64,000 nucleotides of DNA from a virus. The translations under genes were made by a program, and so were the position numbers. The DNA is taken from positions 96,001 through 160,000 of the IMG/VR virus record IMGVR_UViG_3300030108_004965; one strand, written 5' to 3'. The notes under the pieces are model-generated. The model ran no database searches. It had not been told where the DNA came from and saw only the letters and a list, made by a program, of their open reading frames with translations. Below, piece by piece: positions 62,842 to 64,000 of the stretch (the stretch's first letter is position 1; the number at the start of each line of letters is the position of its first letter).

Positions 62842-64000
62842 TTATTTAATGCCTGCAAGTTTCTGCATTTTCTTTATAAAAGAATCATCAGAATTCTTGC
62901 GTTCGTTTAAGTTTTGTCCCCGGTTAAGCATACCAGACAAGTTCGATCTACGATTAACGGTTTCGCTCAGTGATTGTGGACCCTTTTTGTTGTCGGATCC
63001 CACTGTCGTCCTTAATGTTTCATGAAGTTGCTTGGCCTCTTTGGGAGACTCCGCGTTTGCGATGGCTTCGACAATTTTTGACTTTTGTCGCTCATTCAAG
63101 GAGGCATCATTTAAAGTGCGGTTTTGGTAGAGAAGTTTTGCGTTTGAAAGCAAAGTCTCTTCTAACTTATCGTTTAATTTGTAAACGATTGACTCAAGTT
63201 TTTCGTTTTGAGTCATAAGTAATTCGATTGTTTCTTGAAGTTTGGAAGTTTCATCTTCTTCCTCTTCTTCATCTTCTTCGTCATGAGCGTCATGTGCTTC
63301 TTGTTTTAGTTCTTCGTATTCCAAAGTGGCTTCATTTGTTTGAAATGTACCATCCTTTTGGTGGCTCATGTCGACCGTGATCTTTTCTTCGATCACATCA
63401 GTTTCATATTCTTCTAATAAATCTAGTAATTCTTGTAGTGGCTGTTCGGCGTCTTCTTGTTCTTCGTCCTCTTCTCCTCCGAGATCAAGACCGCCAAGAA
63501 GATCTTCTTCTGCTTCGACCTCTGGTGCGATGTCGTCACCAATTGAAAACATATCATCTTCTGGCATTGGGGTATCATCCTTTGCCATTTGATCTTCAAG
63601 TTCTCCAAGATCGATTGTGATGTCGCCTTCAATGTCATCAATCCTCAAGTCTAAGGTAACTGGTTCATCTTCCGAAACTCCGGGGTCTGATGCTAGTGGA
63701 GCAACAATATTGGTCAAGTCACCTTCACCACCAGCGTCCGTTGCCATGTCGGCTTCTTCTTCGTTTAAAAGATCATCAGCGGAAGCATGTTCTAAGTCTG
63801 CTTCTTTGACCATAAAAGGCTTGCCTCCTGCCTCAGAAACGGTAACATTACCGTCGTCATCTGCTTCATGAACAATAGACACGATCCGACCTTCATATTT
63901 CATCGTGGTGGGCGTGTCCTCCAACATTGTTTTGACGGCCTCTTTAATTTGAGGTGCATATTTTTCAATCAGCGACTGTTCCGCATTTTTCAACGCAGCC
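62842..64000 (-). CDS. Prohead core/scaffold protein, gp22-like (5' end outside window)
   Basis: Very acidic; LLSNAKLLYQN; C-terminal KMQKLAGIK; frame open to the window edge. Confidence 0.8.
   Translation of the reverse strand, partial: AALKNAEQSLIEKYAPQIKEAVKTMLEDTPTTMKYEGRIVSIVHEADDDGNVTVSEAGGKPFMVKEADLEHASADDLLNEEEADMATDAGGEGDLTNIVAPLASDPGVSEDEPVTLDLRIDDIEGDITIDLGELEDQMAKDDTPMPEDDMFSIGDDIAPEVEAEEDLLGGLDLGGEEDEEQEDAEQPLQELLDLLEEYETDVIEEKITVDMSHQKDGTFQTNEATLEYEELKQEAHDAHDEEDEEEEEDETSKLQETIELLMTQNEKLESIVYKLNDKLEETLLSNAKLLYQNRTLNDASLNERQKSKIVEAIANAESPKEAKQLHETLRTTVGSDNKKGPQSLSETVNRRSNLSGMLNRGQNLNERKNSDDSFIKKMQKLAGIK

Noticed and set aside
81-63871. Plus-strand ORFs in the ORF track
   Set aside because: They are antisense shadows of well-supported minus-strand genes, with no RBS or recognisable motifs.
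1-64000. Stop-codon reassignment
   Set aside because: Core genes are intact in the standard code, and TAA, TGA and TAG all terminate coupled genes.

Overview
A 64-kb segment of a large, AT-rich dsDNA myovirus genome with a T4-like virion module; almost every real gene lies on the minus strand. In transcription order (right to left) it carries: (i) head genes (partial prohead core, gp23-like major capsid), gp13/14/15-like neck and tail-completion genes, tail sheath, two tail tubes, gp26/gp51-like chaperones, tape measure and baseplate genes (44-64 kb); (ii) replication and nucleotide genes: short family-A polymerase, tubulin-like protein, gp32-like SSB, DUF262-like protein, RecA, 5'-3' exonuclease, helicase, class II RNR, ThyX (30-43 kb); (iii) an accessory region with tmRNA, ClpS, ClpP, GroEL/GroES, a J-domain protein, UvsE, DnaE, two DNA methyltransferases (one paired with a PD-(D/E)XK nuclease, one fused to a SprT-like protease) and an amidase endolysin (4.5-30 kb); (iv) a non-coding block of 20-bp direct repeats (4.2-4.5 kb); (v) a tandem array of about 17 divergent 50-75 aa SH3/KOW-like minigenes (1-3.6 kb). 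Many of these minigenes are joined by a conserved ~32-bp repeat that encodes at once the end of one gene, the ribosome-binding site and the start of the next. This array is the most unusual feature. All family assignments are from motif recognition by eye; no database searches were run.
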